Shown here piece by piece: positions 1 to 12,895 of a stretch of DNA of 64,000 nucleotides. The stretch's first letter is position 1; every line of letters begins with the position of its first letter. Under the pieces are notes generated by a model that saw only the letters and a list, made by a program, of their open reading frames with translations, did no database searches and was not told where the DNA came from. A program made the translations under genes and the position numbers. The DNA is from Macrostomum lignano (Eukaryota): assembly GCA_002269645.1 (NCBI GenBank), contig NIVC01003208.1:1-64000 (forward strand), in the 5' to 3' direction.

Positions 1-112
1 AGGCATCCGAGAATGACTCACCTGGGTGGCGTCACAGTGCTGCTAAGCTGCTTGTGGCCGCTGCGATAGGTAAGCTGGGGATTATCAGGGGGCAGAGCAG
101 CTCAGCGGTTAA

Positions 113-735
113 CGAGACTCACTCTCGCTCCAAACTATTCGATTTCGAGACTCACTCTCGCTCCAAACTATTCGATTTCAAGACTCACTCTCGCTCCAAA
201 CTATTCGATTTCGAGACTCACTCTCGCTCCAAACTATTCGATTTCGAGACTCACTCTCGCTCCAAACTATTCGATTTCAAGACTCACTCTCGCTCCAAAC
301 TATTCGATTTCAAGACTCACTCTCGCTCCAAACTATTCGATTTCGAGACTCACTCTCGCTCCAAACTATTCGATTTCGAGACTCACTCTCGCTCCAAACT
401 ATTCGATTTCAAGACTCACTCTCGCTCCAAACTATTCGATTTCGAGACTCACTCTCGCTCCAAACTATTCGATTTCGAGACTCACTCTCGCTCCAAACTA
501 TTCGATTTCGAGACTCACTCTCGCTCCAAACTATTCGATTTCAAGACTCACTCTCGCTCCAAACTATTCGATTTCGAGACTCACTCGCTCCAAACTATTC
601 GATTTCGAGACTCACTCTCGCTCCAAACTATTCGATTTCGAGACTCACTCTCGCTCCAAACTATTCGATTTCGAGACTCACTCTCGCTCCAAACTATTCG
701 ATTTCGAGACACTCTCGTTCCAAACTATTCGATTT
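113..735. repeat. 33-bp minisatellite, ~19 copies
   Basis: Unit GAGACTCACTCTCGCTCCAAACTATTCGATTTC repeated head-to-tail; explains the (ETHSRSKLFDF)n ORF 54..986. Confidence 0.95.
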
Positions 736-986
736 TCATGCGCGGCCGAATTCATTTGGGCTCGGCGATTTCGCCCCCGAGGGCACCCAACGCACGGAGT
801 GCGCACAATCAGCGCCACTGTACACTCTGTGTGAGTGCGCGTCTGCTGCTTCCACCTGGTTGCAGAGTCGCTGGCGCCTTGATTCGCGGGAGGGCCCAAA
901 GTGGCCGCGAACTGGTTGAAGCCCGGGGTTGCCGCTGCCGTGGCTCTCAAGAATGCTCGAATTTGTTGAAACTAAAATCATTTTAG

Positions 987-2386
987 CAACGAATTCGCGG
1001 TCAAGCGTCACTGGACGATTGTGGTTGCGCCAGGACCCGTCCTGGTCGGCAACGCCTCCAGCAGCGAACTCGTCAACCTGACCGGCGTCCAGACCCGGCT
1101 GGAGTGTCTGGCAGCGTGCCAGCGGAAGGGCTGCCTGCTGGCTTCGCTCATCCCCAGCTCGCGCGTCTGCCAGCTGCTGCTGCTCAACGACGCGTCTCAG
1201 GCGCCGGGACCGGCCGGGACTCACGTGCAGAGACTCGTGGGCTCCGAGCCCGGCGCCAGGCTGTGGGCGGCCGAGAACTTCACGGAGCTGATGCTGATGA
1301 GGAAGAGGATGCTGAATGTCACCATTGAGCTCAGAAGTGAGAAAAATGTCATGTTTGCAAAGTTCTGTGCTTCAAGCATTTGCTGCACCTTGACATCTGA
1401 TCTGCAGCGCCCTCTCTCACTGCAGACAGCAGCACGGGCAGGGCCGGCTCCATCCAGTCCGTGACGATCCCCTCGACCGGCTGCTACCGGATCGAAGTGT
1501 CGGGCGCCAGAGGCGGCACCAACTCCTTCGCAGGCAAGGCTGGCGGCAGCGGCGCCTTCGTGTCCGGCGCCTTCAACCTGACGGCCGGCACCCAGCTGAG
1601 CGTCGTGGTCGGACAGGCCGGCGGTCTTCCCAGCTCCCTGCACAGCGGAGGCGGCGGAGGCGGCGGCAGCTTCGTGTACCGGACGGCAGACGAGCTGCTG
1701 CTGACTGCAGCCGGCGGTGGAGGTGCCGGGACCTATCATAGGGATGGTGAGTGCAGTAAAATTACATACGAAACACAGCACCAGCTTCAGATTTCTGACA
1801 ATACCCCAACATCAAACGGACTTCACCTAATAGTACACTCAGCTTGAGCTTATCTCAGATTGCTACGCAGCTGGTAAAAGCCGCATCCAAAATCTCAACA
1901 GGCCTGCCCGGAGAGGCCGGCGTCAACGGCTCCGTCGCGAATCCGAGCGGAAACAGCCACGGCGGCAGCAACGGACAGCCGGGCTTCCACAACTCCAGCG
2001 CCATGACCGGCAACCACAACCTCGCTGGCTGCGGCGCTGGCTGGCTGGGGAAGCCGGTGTGCACCAGGCGGGGACCGGACGATGGTGACGGAGGCGGCAG
2101 TCGGGCTGAGGGCTGGCTGGGCGGCGACGCCGGCGGCTCCAACACCGGCGACGGCGGGTTCGGCGGCGGCGGAGGAGGCGGCACGATGAACCCCTACTGG
2201 GGCGCTGCCGGGGCCGGCGGCGGCTTCAGCGGAGGCGCCACCAGCTTCTCGGGGGGCCCTCCTGGAGGCGGCGGCGGCTCCTTCTGCTCTGGCAGCGGCT
2301 GCAGCGGCACCACTGGCGGCAACGCCGGCCAGCACGGCCTGGTGGTCATCCGGCTGGTCGAGCCGCTGAGCAACTTTTGCGAGTGA
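987..2386 (+). CDS. Probable secreted protein with a PAN/apple-like module and an ALK/LTK-type glycine-rich domain; no TM or kinase; 5' end unresolved
   Basis: Exons 987-1336, 1426-1746, 1902-2386 with GT-AG introns, phases consistent. PAN-like C-x3-C-x4-C-x11-C (ECLAACQRKGCLLASLIPSSRVC). GR hallmarks IQSVTIPSTGCYRIEVSGARGG, GAFVSGAFNLTAGTQLSVVVGQAGG, GGGGGGSFVY, LLLTAAGGGG, GGFGGGGGGG, GGGGGSF, HGLVVI. Eight N-x-S/T sequons. Start/signal exon not identified. Confidence 0.8.
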
Positions 2387-3775
2387 CGATTTCATGAAAA
2401 TTGAAAAATCTCTAACGGAGCAGAGTGCGTTGTGTCAAGAGTGAAATACCATCGTAGGAATTAACCGCTGCATCCAAGTGTTTACTTTTTCTAAGGTATC
2501 GGCCGAACACTAACGGTAGCTACTGAACACTACTTATACCATCCAAGGTGGATATACCTCGGCACCTGCTTATGCTATAAACGCTCGACTTTGCAGTGTG
2601 CCAGGCTATTAAAATACGCTCGAAGCAATACTCATTGCTTTAATTTAATCTGTCACTGCTTTAACCTGCACAGATATTGGCGGGGGCTGCCGTGCGATTC
2701 ACACGAGCTGTGGGCACCCTGGCGCAATGCCTTTGATCACATCTGTGTCACATCCAGAGCTGACACAGAGTGTACAGCGGCAGCACATGCGTGTACGAAC
2801 TTGAAATCCAGAAGGTGAACAAAGGTTAAATAATAGATTCAGGTTTTCCCGCCCGCCCGCTACTAGTGCAAAAGTACAAAGACTAGGCGGACAAAGACGC
2901 TGAAGCTTAGTGAGGGACAAGGCCGAGCGGCTGAATCAAGACTGTTTCTCTAATTCTGATTAAGACGAGGCGAGAACTCGTGTATTTATTGTAAGGCTAT
3001 CTAGTATAAAACTCTAGTGAGCTGTCAGGTGAGGTCGGCTATAACTAATATGCTGAGCTATAAATCAAATCGGTGACTTGGCGTTCTGTTCTGACCAAAC
3101 ACACAAACGGGAGTAAAAAAGGGGATCTGATTTAAAACTTCAAAAATACTGAAGGGAGGAGGCGGGTGCTGCGAAATTGAAAAAAGCGGAAAAGCTGTGA
3201 GCTCGGAGCGATAGAAGGGCGAAGCAAACAATAGCAGGGACACGCAGGCTGCTGTGGAGAGCAATACTAAAAACAAAAAAGGTAAAAAAACAATTATTAG
3301 ACATTGAAGGACCAATAGAATTAAATGAGATATTCGGGCTCGCCAGACAGGGGACTAAAAATGAACAGCAAAAAACTAACTGAGACACGACGCATTGTTC
3401 ATTTTTGCTTAAAAAGCGGAGTGATAAAACCAAGTGAATAAAATGAGACAGAGGCAATCCGAAAATCGAGTTTATCACGCGAATTTGAGATTATTCACAT
3501 AGGCTACTAACAGCAATGTCTATGCTAGCTTGCGAGGGTCATGAAAGTTCTGCAGTGCATCTCTGGCGCAAGTTGATGAGAAAAAATTGAGAATCGATTT
3601 GTCTGTCAAAACCAGTCTGATGCAGCGGTCTCCATAGCGACAGGGTGTGAAAAAAAACTGGGTAGCAAAAACTAATAAGAAAACTAATAAATAAGAAGTC
3701 GCATGCTGGCCCGGCACGAGGGCAACCCGCGGATCCGCAACTCTGAACTGCCTGAATAATCCTGATGTTGAACTT

Positions 3776-4472
3776 CCAATCCCAATCCTGAAACTGCCGA
3801 CCCCAATCCTGAATCTGCCGACCCCAATCCTGAATCTGCCGATACCAACCCTGAATCTGCCGATACCAACCCTGAATCTGCCGATACCAACCCTGAATCT
3901 GCCGATACCAATCCTGAAACTGCCGATACCAACCCTGAATCTGCCGACCCCAATCCTGAAACTGCCGATACCAATCTTGAAACTGCCGATACCAATCCTA
4001 AAACAGCAAATGCCAATCCTGAATCTACCGATACAAATTCTGAAACTGCCGAAACCAATACTGAACCTGCAAATGCCAATTCTGAAACTGCCGATACCAA
4101 TCTTGAAACTGCCCATACCAATACTGAACCTGCAAATGTCAATCCTGAAACTGCCGATACCAATCTTGAAACTGCCCATACCAATCCTAAAACTGCAAAT
4201 GTCAATCCTGAAACTACCGATACCAATCTTGAAACTGCCCATACCAATCCTAAAACTGCAAATGTCAATCCTGAAACTACCGATACCAATCTTGAAACTG
4301 CCCATACCAATCCTAAAACTGCAAATGTCAATCCTGAAACTACCGATACCAATCTTGAAACTGCCCATACCAATCCTAAAACTGCAAATGTCAATCCTGA
4401 AACTACCGATACCAATCTTGAAACTACCGATACCAATGCTGAAACTGCAAAAGCCAATTCTGAAACTGCCTA
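3776..4472. repeat. Degenerate 21-bp tandem repeat (ATCCTGAAACTGCCGATACCA consensus), with a 42-bp higher-order unit in its distal part
   Basis: Period 21 read directly; see finding on synonymous-type variation. Confidence 0.9.
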
Positions 4473-4561
4473 TCTGAAGCGCGGTCCCGCTCGCGCCGAG
4501 CCGGTCACTAATCAGCTACTCAGCTACTCCAACTAAAACCAGGAGCCGTCAGTCTCGCCTC

Positions 4562-7500
4562 TCAAAGCGCGATCTCGTCCTCCTCGGCGAGCCCCTGGGC
4601 GGAGAGGGTCCGCTGCACCGAGTCGCTCTCATAAACAGAGTCGTGCTTGGCCAGGATGCGCAGCAGGGGGCGCAGCTTCAGCCACCACTGCGTGTCCGGC
4701 CGCTGCATGCGCAGCTTGAAGTCCGTGTCGCTCAGCAGCTCCGTCACCGGCCTGACGCTCGTGCCGCGCTTCGTGATGCCCACGATGGCCGCGCTGGCCG
4801 TGGCCGATTCGTCCACGGTGGCCGGGCGGCCGGCCGCGCCGCCGGACAGCACCCGAGAGAACCAGTCGGCGGCCTTCACGCCGAACTTCGTGGCCAAGTT
4901 GCGGTCGTAAGGCGATGGCGTGCCGCCTGTGGGAGCAGATCGGGGAGGTGGCTTTCGGGACCCACCTCAGGAAGCAGTCAGACCTACATTAGGAAGCAAT
5001 CAGGACCCACTTTAGGATTCAGTCAGACCTACATTAGGAAGCAGTCAGGACCCTCTTCAGGATTCAGTCAGACCTACATTAGGAAGCAGTCAGGACCCAC
5101 TTTAGGATTCAGTCAGACCTACATTAGGAAGCAGTCAGTACCCACTTCAGGAATCAGTCAGTACCCACTTCAGGAATCAGTCAGTACCCACTTCAGGAAT
5201 CAGTCAGTACCCACTTCAGGAATCAGTCAGTACCCACTTCAGGAAGCAGTCAGTACCCACTTCAGGAAACAGTCAGTACCCACTTCGGGATTTAGTCAGT
5301 ACCCACTTCAGGAAGCAGTCAGTACCCACTTCAGGAAACAGTCAGTACCCACTTCAGGAAGCAGTCAGTACCCACTTCAGGAAGCAGTCAGTACCCACTT
5401 CAGGAATCAGTCAGTACCCACTTTAGGAATCAGTCAGTACCCACTTCAGGAAACAGTCAGTACCCACTTCAGGAAACAGTCAGTACCCACTTCGGGAATC
5501 AGCCAGTACCCACTTCAGGAAGCAGTCAGTACCCACTTCGGGAAACAGTCAGTACCCACTTCAGGAATCAGTCAGTACCCACTTCAGGAAACAGTCAGTA
5601 CCCACTTCAGGAAGCAGTCAGTACCCACTTCAGGAATCAGTCAGTACCCACTTTAGGAAACAGTCAGTACCCACTTCAGGAAACAGTCAGTACCCACTTC
5701 GGGAAACAGTCAGTACCCACTTCGGGAAACAGTCAGTACCCACTTTAGGAATCAGTCAGTACCCACTTCAGGAAACAGTCAGTACCCACTTCAGGAAACA
5801 GTCAGTACCCACTTTGGGAAACAGTCAGTACCCACTTCAGGAATCAGTCAGTACCCACTTCAGGAAACAGTCAGTACCCACTTCAGGAAACAGTCAGTAC
5901 CCACTTCGGGAAACAGTCAGTACCCACTTCGGGAAACAGTCAGTACCCACTTCGGGATTTAGTCAGTACCCACTTCAGGAAACAGTCAGGACCCACTTCA
6001 GGAAGCAGTCAGTACCCACTTCAGGAATCAGTCAGTACCCACTTCGGGATTTAGTCAGTACCCACTTCAGGAAGCAGTCAGTACCCACTTCAGGAATCAG
6101 TCAGTACCCACTTTAGGAATCAGTCAGTACCCACTTCAGGAAACAGTCAGTACCCACTTCGGGAAACAGTCAGTACCCACTTCAGGAATCAGTCAGTACC
6201 CACTTCGGGAAACAGTCAGTACCCACTTCGGGAAACAGTCAGTACCCACTTCAGGAATCAGTCAGTACCCACTTCGGGAAACAGTCAGTACCCACTTCAG
6301 GAAACAGTCAGTACCCACTTCGGGAAACAGTCAGTACCCACTTCAGGAAACAGTCAGTACCCACTTCAGGAAACAGTCAGTACCCACTTCGGGAAACAGT
6401 CAGTACCCACTTCGGGATTTAGTCAGTACCCACTTCAGGAAACAGTCAGTACCCACTTCGGGAAACAGTCAGTACCCACTTCAGGAAACAGTCAGTACCC
6501 ACTTCAGGAAACAGTCAGTACCCACTTCGGGAAACAGTCAGTACCCACTTCGGGATTTAGTCAGTACCCACTTCAGGAAACAGTCAGGACCCACTGCAGG
6601 AAAAATCCAGGACCCACTGCAGGAAGCAGTCAGGGCACACTTCAGCCGGTACTTCAACAAACAAAGCTGACCAACATCCGAAAGCAAGCGGGCTGACCAA
6701 AATTTACAGCCAAGAAACAGCGCCCGACACCCACCCTGCTGCATGTGGCCCAGCACGTTGGAACGGCAGTCGAAGACGCCCTTGCCCTCCTCCTTGAAGA
6801 CGCGGTACACAAAGTCAGTCGAGTAGTTCTCGTTGGCGAGCTCGTTGCGCAGGATGAGGCCCCGCTGCAGGCCGCAGTCGTCGTGCATTTTCTGCTTGAG
6901 GTGGCGCACATCGTCCAGCAGCACGGCCAGGTCGAATTTGTCCTCCTTGATGTAGGCAGCGTCCGCACCGCCGGCCAGGCCAGCCAGGGTGGCCAGGTAG
7001 CCGCAGTAGCCGCCCATGGTCTCCACCACGAACACGCGGCGCTGGGTGCCAACGGCGCTCTGCTTGATCTTGTCGATGATCTGCGTGATCTCATTGAGCG
7101 CGGTGTCAGCCCCGATGGAGAAGTCCGTGCCGGGCACGTTGTTGGAGATTGTGCAGGGCACCACCAGCATGGGCACGGCCAGGGCTGGCTGGCTTGGCCG
7201 GGCCTGGAACAGCTGCACCAGCGAGCTGAAGGCCTCGAAGCCGCCGATCAGCAGCATGCCTCTCAGGTTCTCCACCTTGGACAGGGCCTCGGCCACCTGG
7301 GCGGCATTGAATGGCGGCCAGGAAATTACAGGTAGAATCTAAATTGGAAAACTTATGGAAAGGTGGAAGGCGTGCCGACAGTGGGAGAGCTTAGCAGATA
7401 GTGGGAGAGCTTAGCAGATAGTGGGAGAGCTTAGCAGATAGTGGGAAAGCTTAGCAGATAGTGGGAGAGCTTAGCAGATAGTGGGAGAGCTTAGCAGATA

Positions 7501-10500
7501 GTGGGAGAGCTTAGCAGATAGTGGGAGAGCTTAGCAGATAGTGGGAGAGCTTAGCAGATAGTGGGAGAGCTTAGCAGATAGTGGGAGAGCTTAGCAGATA
7601 GTGGGAGAGCTTAGCAGATAGTGGGAGAGCTTAGCAGATAGTGGGAGAGCTTAGCAGATAGTGGGAGAGCTTAGCAGATAGTGGGAGAGCTTAGCAGATA
7701 GTGGGAGAGCTTAGCAGATAGTGGGAGAGCTTAGCAGATAGTGGGAGAGCTTAGCAGATAGTGGGAAAGCTTAGCAGATAGTGGGAGAGCTTAGCAGATA
7801 GTGGGAGAGCTTAGCAGATAGTGGGAGAGCTTAGCAGATAGTGGGAGAGCTTAGCAGATAGTGGGAGAGCTTAGCAGACAGTAGAAGAGCTTAGCAAATT
7901 GTGACAGCTTAGGTAGCAAATCTGCAGCTTCCTGGCAACTCACGGCGGCGATGCCGACCTCCTCCGCGGTGATCCGCTTGGTGCCGAGGCAGCTGCCGCC
8001 GGAGGACGTCAGGCCGGACACGGACTCCCAGCTCAGCGGGCGGAAGCTGGCCTTGACGAGGCCGTCGAAACCGCCGTTGACGCCCAACACGCGGAAGCCG
8101 TTGCTGATGCCGGTGCGGACGAAGGCGCGCACGCAGGCGTTGGCGCCGCAGGCGGGGCGCCGACCATCACGATGAGCAGCGTCGGGCAGCTGTCGCTGCA
8201 GGCGTTGGCGGGCGAGTGCAGCTTCTTCAGGGTCCGGTAGGTGGCCAGGTTGTTGATGAAGGACTTGCCGCGCAGCTCCACGGACTGGGCGTAGTTCTTG
8301 GCCTGGATGGCCTCGTTCACCGCCTTCGTGCGGGCCACGCACTCCACCAGCGGCAGCCGCACAGCCTGCGGCGGAGGGAGGGAAGCGATGGCTTCGGTAA
8401 ACGGTTGTAAGATGCTGGCACCCAGAGATGCTGGTCTGCAGAGATGCTGGCACCCAGAGATGCAGAGATTCACATAGTCTGGCACTCATGGAGATGCTGG
8501 CGCCCAGAGATGCTGGTATTCACAGTCTGGCACTCATAGAGATGCTGGCGCCCAGAGATGCTGGTATTCACAGTCTGGCACTCATAGAGATGCTGGCGCC
8601 CAGAGATGCTGGCACGAGTATTCACAGAGTCTGGCACTCACAGAGATGCTGGCGTCCAGAGATGCTGGCACCCAGAGATGCTGGTATTCACAGAGTCTGG
8701 CACTCATAGAGATCCTGGCACCCAGAGATGCTGGTATTCACAGAGTCTGGCACTCATAGAGAAGCGGGCACTCAGAGTCTAACACTTAGAGAGGCTGGCA
8801 CTCAGAGTCTAACACTCACAGAGGCTGGCACTCACAGGCACAGTCACTCTCAGATGCATGCCATTCAAGAAGTCACAGATTCACCCCTACAACCAGAGGC
8901 GGAAGGAGCCCGGGCGCCTGTGCAGTACCTGATTGGCATCGAGGCTGACAACGATGGATGGCAGCTCCGGGTTCTGGCGGGCGTCCAGCAGGGCCAGCAC
9001 GGCCTCGGCAGCCATACGGCAGCCCAGCAGGCGGTCAAAGGCAGATGGGGCACCGCCACGCTGTACGTGGCCGAGGACGGTGACCCTGGTGTCGTACTTC
9101 AGCTTCTGGCTGATCGTGTCCCGGATGAGGTTGGCGCTGATGGCGTTGCCCTCAGTGTCGATGGCGCCCTCGGCCGCGATGATGATGTTCAACCGCTTGC
9201 CGCGTTGCCGGGCCTGCGGTGGCGAGGGCGGAGCGACTGTCAGTGTGTTGAAGGACAGGGGTTGCATGGTACTGAAGGGCAGGGGTTGCAGGGTACTGAA
9301 GGGCTGGGGTTGCAGGGTACTGAAGGGCTGGGGTTGCAGGGTACTGAAAGGCTGGGGTTGCAGGGTACTGAAGGGCTGGGGTTGCAGGGTACTGAAGGGC
9401 TGGGGTTGCAGGGTACTGAAGGGCAGGGGTCACAGGTTACTGGAGGGCACCGAGGCTCACCTTGATCAGATGGTTGCACATCACATCGGGCCAGTCGGTG
9501 CCCGGAGGCTCCTCAGGGATGAACAGAAAGTCGGCCTCGCAGCACAGGGCGGACACCAGCGCCAGGTAGCCGCAGTGACGGCCCATCACCTCCATGACGA
9601 AGGCACGCTGATGGCTCTGCGCGGTGGTGGCGATGGCGTCGCAGGCCTCGATGATGCGGTGCAGCGCCGAGTCCGTCCCGATGGTCATGTCGGTGCCGCA
9701 GAAGTCGTTGTCGATGGACCCGACCATCCCCGCGATGTGCAGGCTGGCATAGTCGCGCCGCTGCTTCTCTGTGACCGCGCCTTCCTTGAGCAGCTCGTCC
9801 ACCAGGGACGGCCACTCCTGGCGGAACAGGTCCGCTCCTGCGGGGGTGGGGGGTTGTTGGTTCGAAACCGTGCTGTGTTGGCCTTAGCCCGCTGCCTTTT
9901 TACCAGCCTTTCCTATCTCAATCTTCCCTCCCAGCATCTCAATCCGCCCTTCCAGCATCTCAATCCTTACTCCCAGCATCTCAATCCTTACTCCCAGCAT
10001 CTCAATCCTTACTCCCAGCATCTCAATCCTTACTCCCAGCATCTCAATCCTTACTCCCAGCATCTCAATCCTTACTCCCAGCATCTCAATCCGCCTTCCC
10101 TTTCTCAGCATCTCAATCCTCCCCCAGCCCACCGGTCAGTGAGCCGTCACCGCCGATGACCACCAGGTTGGTGATGCCGCGGCGGATGAGGTTCCTAGCG
10201 GCCTGTAGGCGGCCCTCGCGAGTCCGGAAGCGGGCGGAGCGGGCGGAGCCGATGACGGTGCCGCCCAGCTGGATGATGCCGGACACGAGGCCCCAATTGG
10301 CCTCCTTGATCATCTCCTGGCCGTCTTCGCCGTCGCCGATCATCCCTTCGTAGCCCTCGTAGATAAGATAGACCCGGAAGCCGCAGTAGAGGCCCATGCG
10401 GACCACGGCCCTGATGGCGGAGTTCATGCCCTGCGAGTCGCCGCCGGAGGTGAAGACGGCCAAAGCCGGCCGCTCGTGCAGCGGCAGCATGCGGAGCGCG

Positions 10501-10783
10501 TCCGTGACTGCGGAAGTCACGGCGGGGATTTGAGGATGAGCGGCAGGTGGGAACTGGCGCAAATGAAGTGTGTGCCGGACTAGCGGCAGTCTCCGATATT
10601 AAGATGAGTTCGCTAGTTGATGCAGAACACTCGAGACATGAACAACACGAACTGCACGCACGCTACGTGTCTGCGTAAACTGTGAAGCGCCTTGGCGATT
10701 AGAAAAAGTTCAAGCTGGACATTCATGATGTAAAAACTGTTACTTTCTGTACTCGTGCTCTGCACCAGGACTGAACAGCCCGC

Positions 10784-10816
<33 letters not shown>

Positions 10817-12895
10817 GCTGAAAGTGCGGGCAATTGCGCAAGGACCGCTAGCAGTAGGGGAGGAACTTTAAAAATGCGTCAAGTTATGCAGATTTTATTT
10901 TATCTGGAATTCTTTGCTTTTCTGGCACTAAACTGACACTTCTGCTGTTTGCCTTTTCTGGCACTAAACTGACACTTCTGCTGTTTGCCTTTTCTGGCAC
11001 TAAACTGACACCTCTGCTGTTTGCCTTTTCTGGCACTAAACTGACACTTCTGCTGTTTGCCTTTTCTGGCACTAAACTGACACCTCTGCTGTTTGCCTTT
11101 TCTGGCACTAAACTGACACCTCTGCTGTTATTGCCTTTTCTGGCACTAAACTGACACCTCTGCTGTTATTGCCTTTTCTGGCACTAAACTGACACCTCTG
11201 CTGTTTGCCTTTTCTGGCACTAAACTGACACCTCTGCTGTTTGCCTTTTCTGGCACTAAACTGACACTTCTGCTGTTTGCCTTTTCTGGCACTAAACTGA
11301 CACCTCTGCTGTTTGCCTTTTCTGGCACTAAACTGACACTTCTGCTGTTTGCCTTTTCTGGCACTAAACTGACACTTCTGCTGTTTGCCTTTTCTGGCAC
11401 TAAACTGACACCTCTGCTGTTTGCCTTTTCTGGCACTAAACTGACACCTCTGCTGTTTGCCTTTTCTGGCACTAAACTGACACCTCTGCTGTTTGCCTTT
11501 TCTGGCACTAAACTGACACCTCTGCTGTTTGCCTTTTCTGGCACTAAACTGACACCTCTACTGTTATTGCCTTTTCTGGCACTAAACTGACACCTCTGCT
11601 GTTTGCCTTTTCTGGCACTAAACTGACACCTCTGCTGTTTGCCTTTTCTGGCACTAAACTGACACCTCTGCTGTTTGCCTTTTCTGGCACTAAACTGACA
11701 CCTCTACTGTTATTGCCTTTTCTGGCACTAAACTGACACCTCTGCTGTTTGCCTTTTCTGGCACTAAACTGACACCTCTGGTGTTTGCCTTTTCTGGCAC
11801 TAAACTGACACCTCTGCTGTTATTGCCTTTTCTGGCACTAAACTGACACTTCTGCTGTTTGCCTTTTCTGGCACTAAACTGACACCTCTGCTGTTTGCCT
11901 TTTCTGGCACTAAACCATATAGTTTATAGTACAAAGCGATAATCCAAAAAGTGAGAAATTTGTCAATAGAAGTGCTCAAATAGGTTTCTGTTGCATTTAA
12001 AAGCGACTTTCATCATGTTGGCGCACTACACCCTGTTACTGCCAGCGGTAATGGCGATCACACTTCACACCAGTGTGCAAAGTGCACAGTGCCACAGTAC
12101 CCAGACTATCAGCAGTGCAGTATTGAAACTTGCCCTTCATGTAGATGGGAAGCCCCAGCCTGCCATCTGGGAGACAGTTAGCATCAGAGTAGGGAATGGG
12201 ATTATTATGGTGTAAATGCATGCTTCGGCTGCTGTCTACAACTGATTCATAACTGAGCGATTGGCTAAGAAGGTAAATATAAAACTGTCAATCTATTATT
12301 TTTAAATACTTTAAAAAATGAAGCACAGCACACTGCAGAAGATAAACATTGATTAGTGCAGAAAATAGGTTTATATCAGCTATTAAAAAGGCTTTACTAA
12401 TATTAAAAAAACAAAAACTCATTAGAAATAATAGGTTATCAAGGCATTTAAATAAGGAGGGCTATACCATGAGCAGCATGCATCTGGTAACTCAATTATT
12501 AATTCGTGATAATCAATTTGAAACATTGAGATGTGACAAATACCTATGGCTGAAATATGTGTAGAGCAGTTTTCATGGTCAGTAATTTACATTTCAATTC
12601 ATAGCAATGAACTTCAATTCAATGCATTTCATACATTAGTAAGTCAAATGCAAGGCCAAAAGATCTGACAAAAACCAATCTAAACATGCTTTTAAAGAGC
12701 AAAATTTGCAGCAATACAACTTTGCAGGAAAACACAGGATCAGAATCCCAAGCAATTTCAACACTCTGTCATTACTACTTCAAGTAGTTATATTTTATTT
12801 ATTTCGATTAGAAGATAATACAATATGGCAATGTATACATACAATCAACAAAAAGCAAACTTACACGACTTCCTTGTACTAGCCTGGTATGCCAT
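4562..12895 (-). CDS. PFK: ATP-dependent 6-phosphofructokinase (eukaryotic two-domain type), ~827 aa if the 1-bp frameshift is corrected
   Basis: Well-supported exons 10133-10507, 9461-9837, 8929-9213, 7944-8365, 6735-7296, 4562-4926; tentative 5' exons 12865-12895 and 12101-12166. Motifs [96 protein letters not shown]. Exon 7944-8365 is 422 nt, one base short of frame. Confidence 0.95.
4965..6630. repeat. 23-bp minisatellite in the last PFK intron
   Basis: Unit CAGTCAGTACCCACTTCAGGAA(T/G/A); a longer related variant at 4965-5140. Confidence 0.95.
7381..7895. repeat. 20-bp minisatellite in a PFK intron, ~26 copies
   Basis: Unit GTGGGAGAGCTTAGCAGATA, near perfect. Confidence 0.95.
8410..8850. 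repeat. Degenerate ~48-bp minisatellite in a PFK intron
   Basis: GAGATGCTGGCGCCCAGAGATGCTGGTATTCACAGTCTGGCACTCATA-like units. Confidence 0.8.
9250..9430. repeat. 24-bp minisatellite in a PFK intron
   Basis: Unit GGGCTGGGGTTGCAGGGTACTGAA. Confidence 0.9.
9930..10120. repeat. 21-bp minisatellite in a PFK intron
   Basis: Unit CAGCATCTCAATCCTTACTCC. Confidence 0.9.
10785..10816. repeat. (CAGA)n microsatellite
   Basis: CAGACAGACAGA run. Confidence 0.9.
10915..11915. repeat. 36-bp minisatellite (39-bp variants), in the probable second PFK coding intron
   Basis: Unit GCCTTTTCTGGCACTAAACTGACACCTCTGCTGTTT. Confidence 0.95.

Noticed and set aside
13-110. Possible exon(s) at the window start (plus donor at 69/70, minus donor near 21)
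   Set aside because: The ATG frame stops at the donor, and the phase does not match the acceptor at 987; cannot be assigned.
54-986. 310-aa ORF with (ETHSRSKLFDF)n
   Set aside because: Translation of a 33-bp array that lacks stops; the frame changes where a base is lost; no coding-type variation.
3058-3478. Hydrophobic minus-strand ORFs
   Set aside because: By-product of A-rich plus-strand composition; no coding signal.
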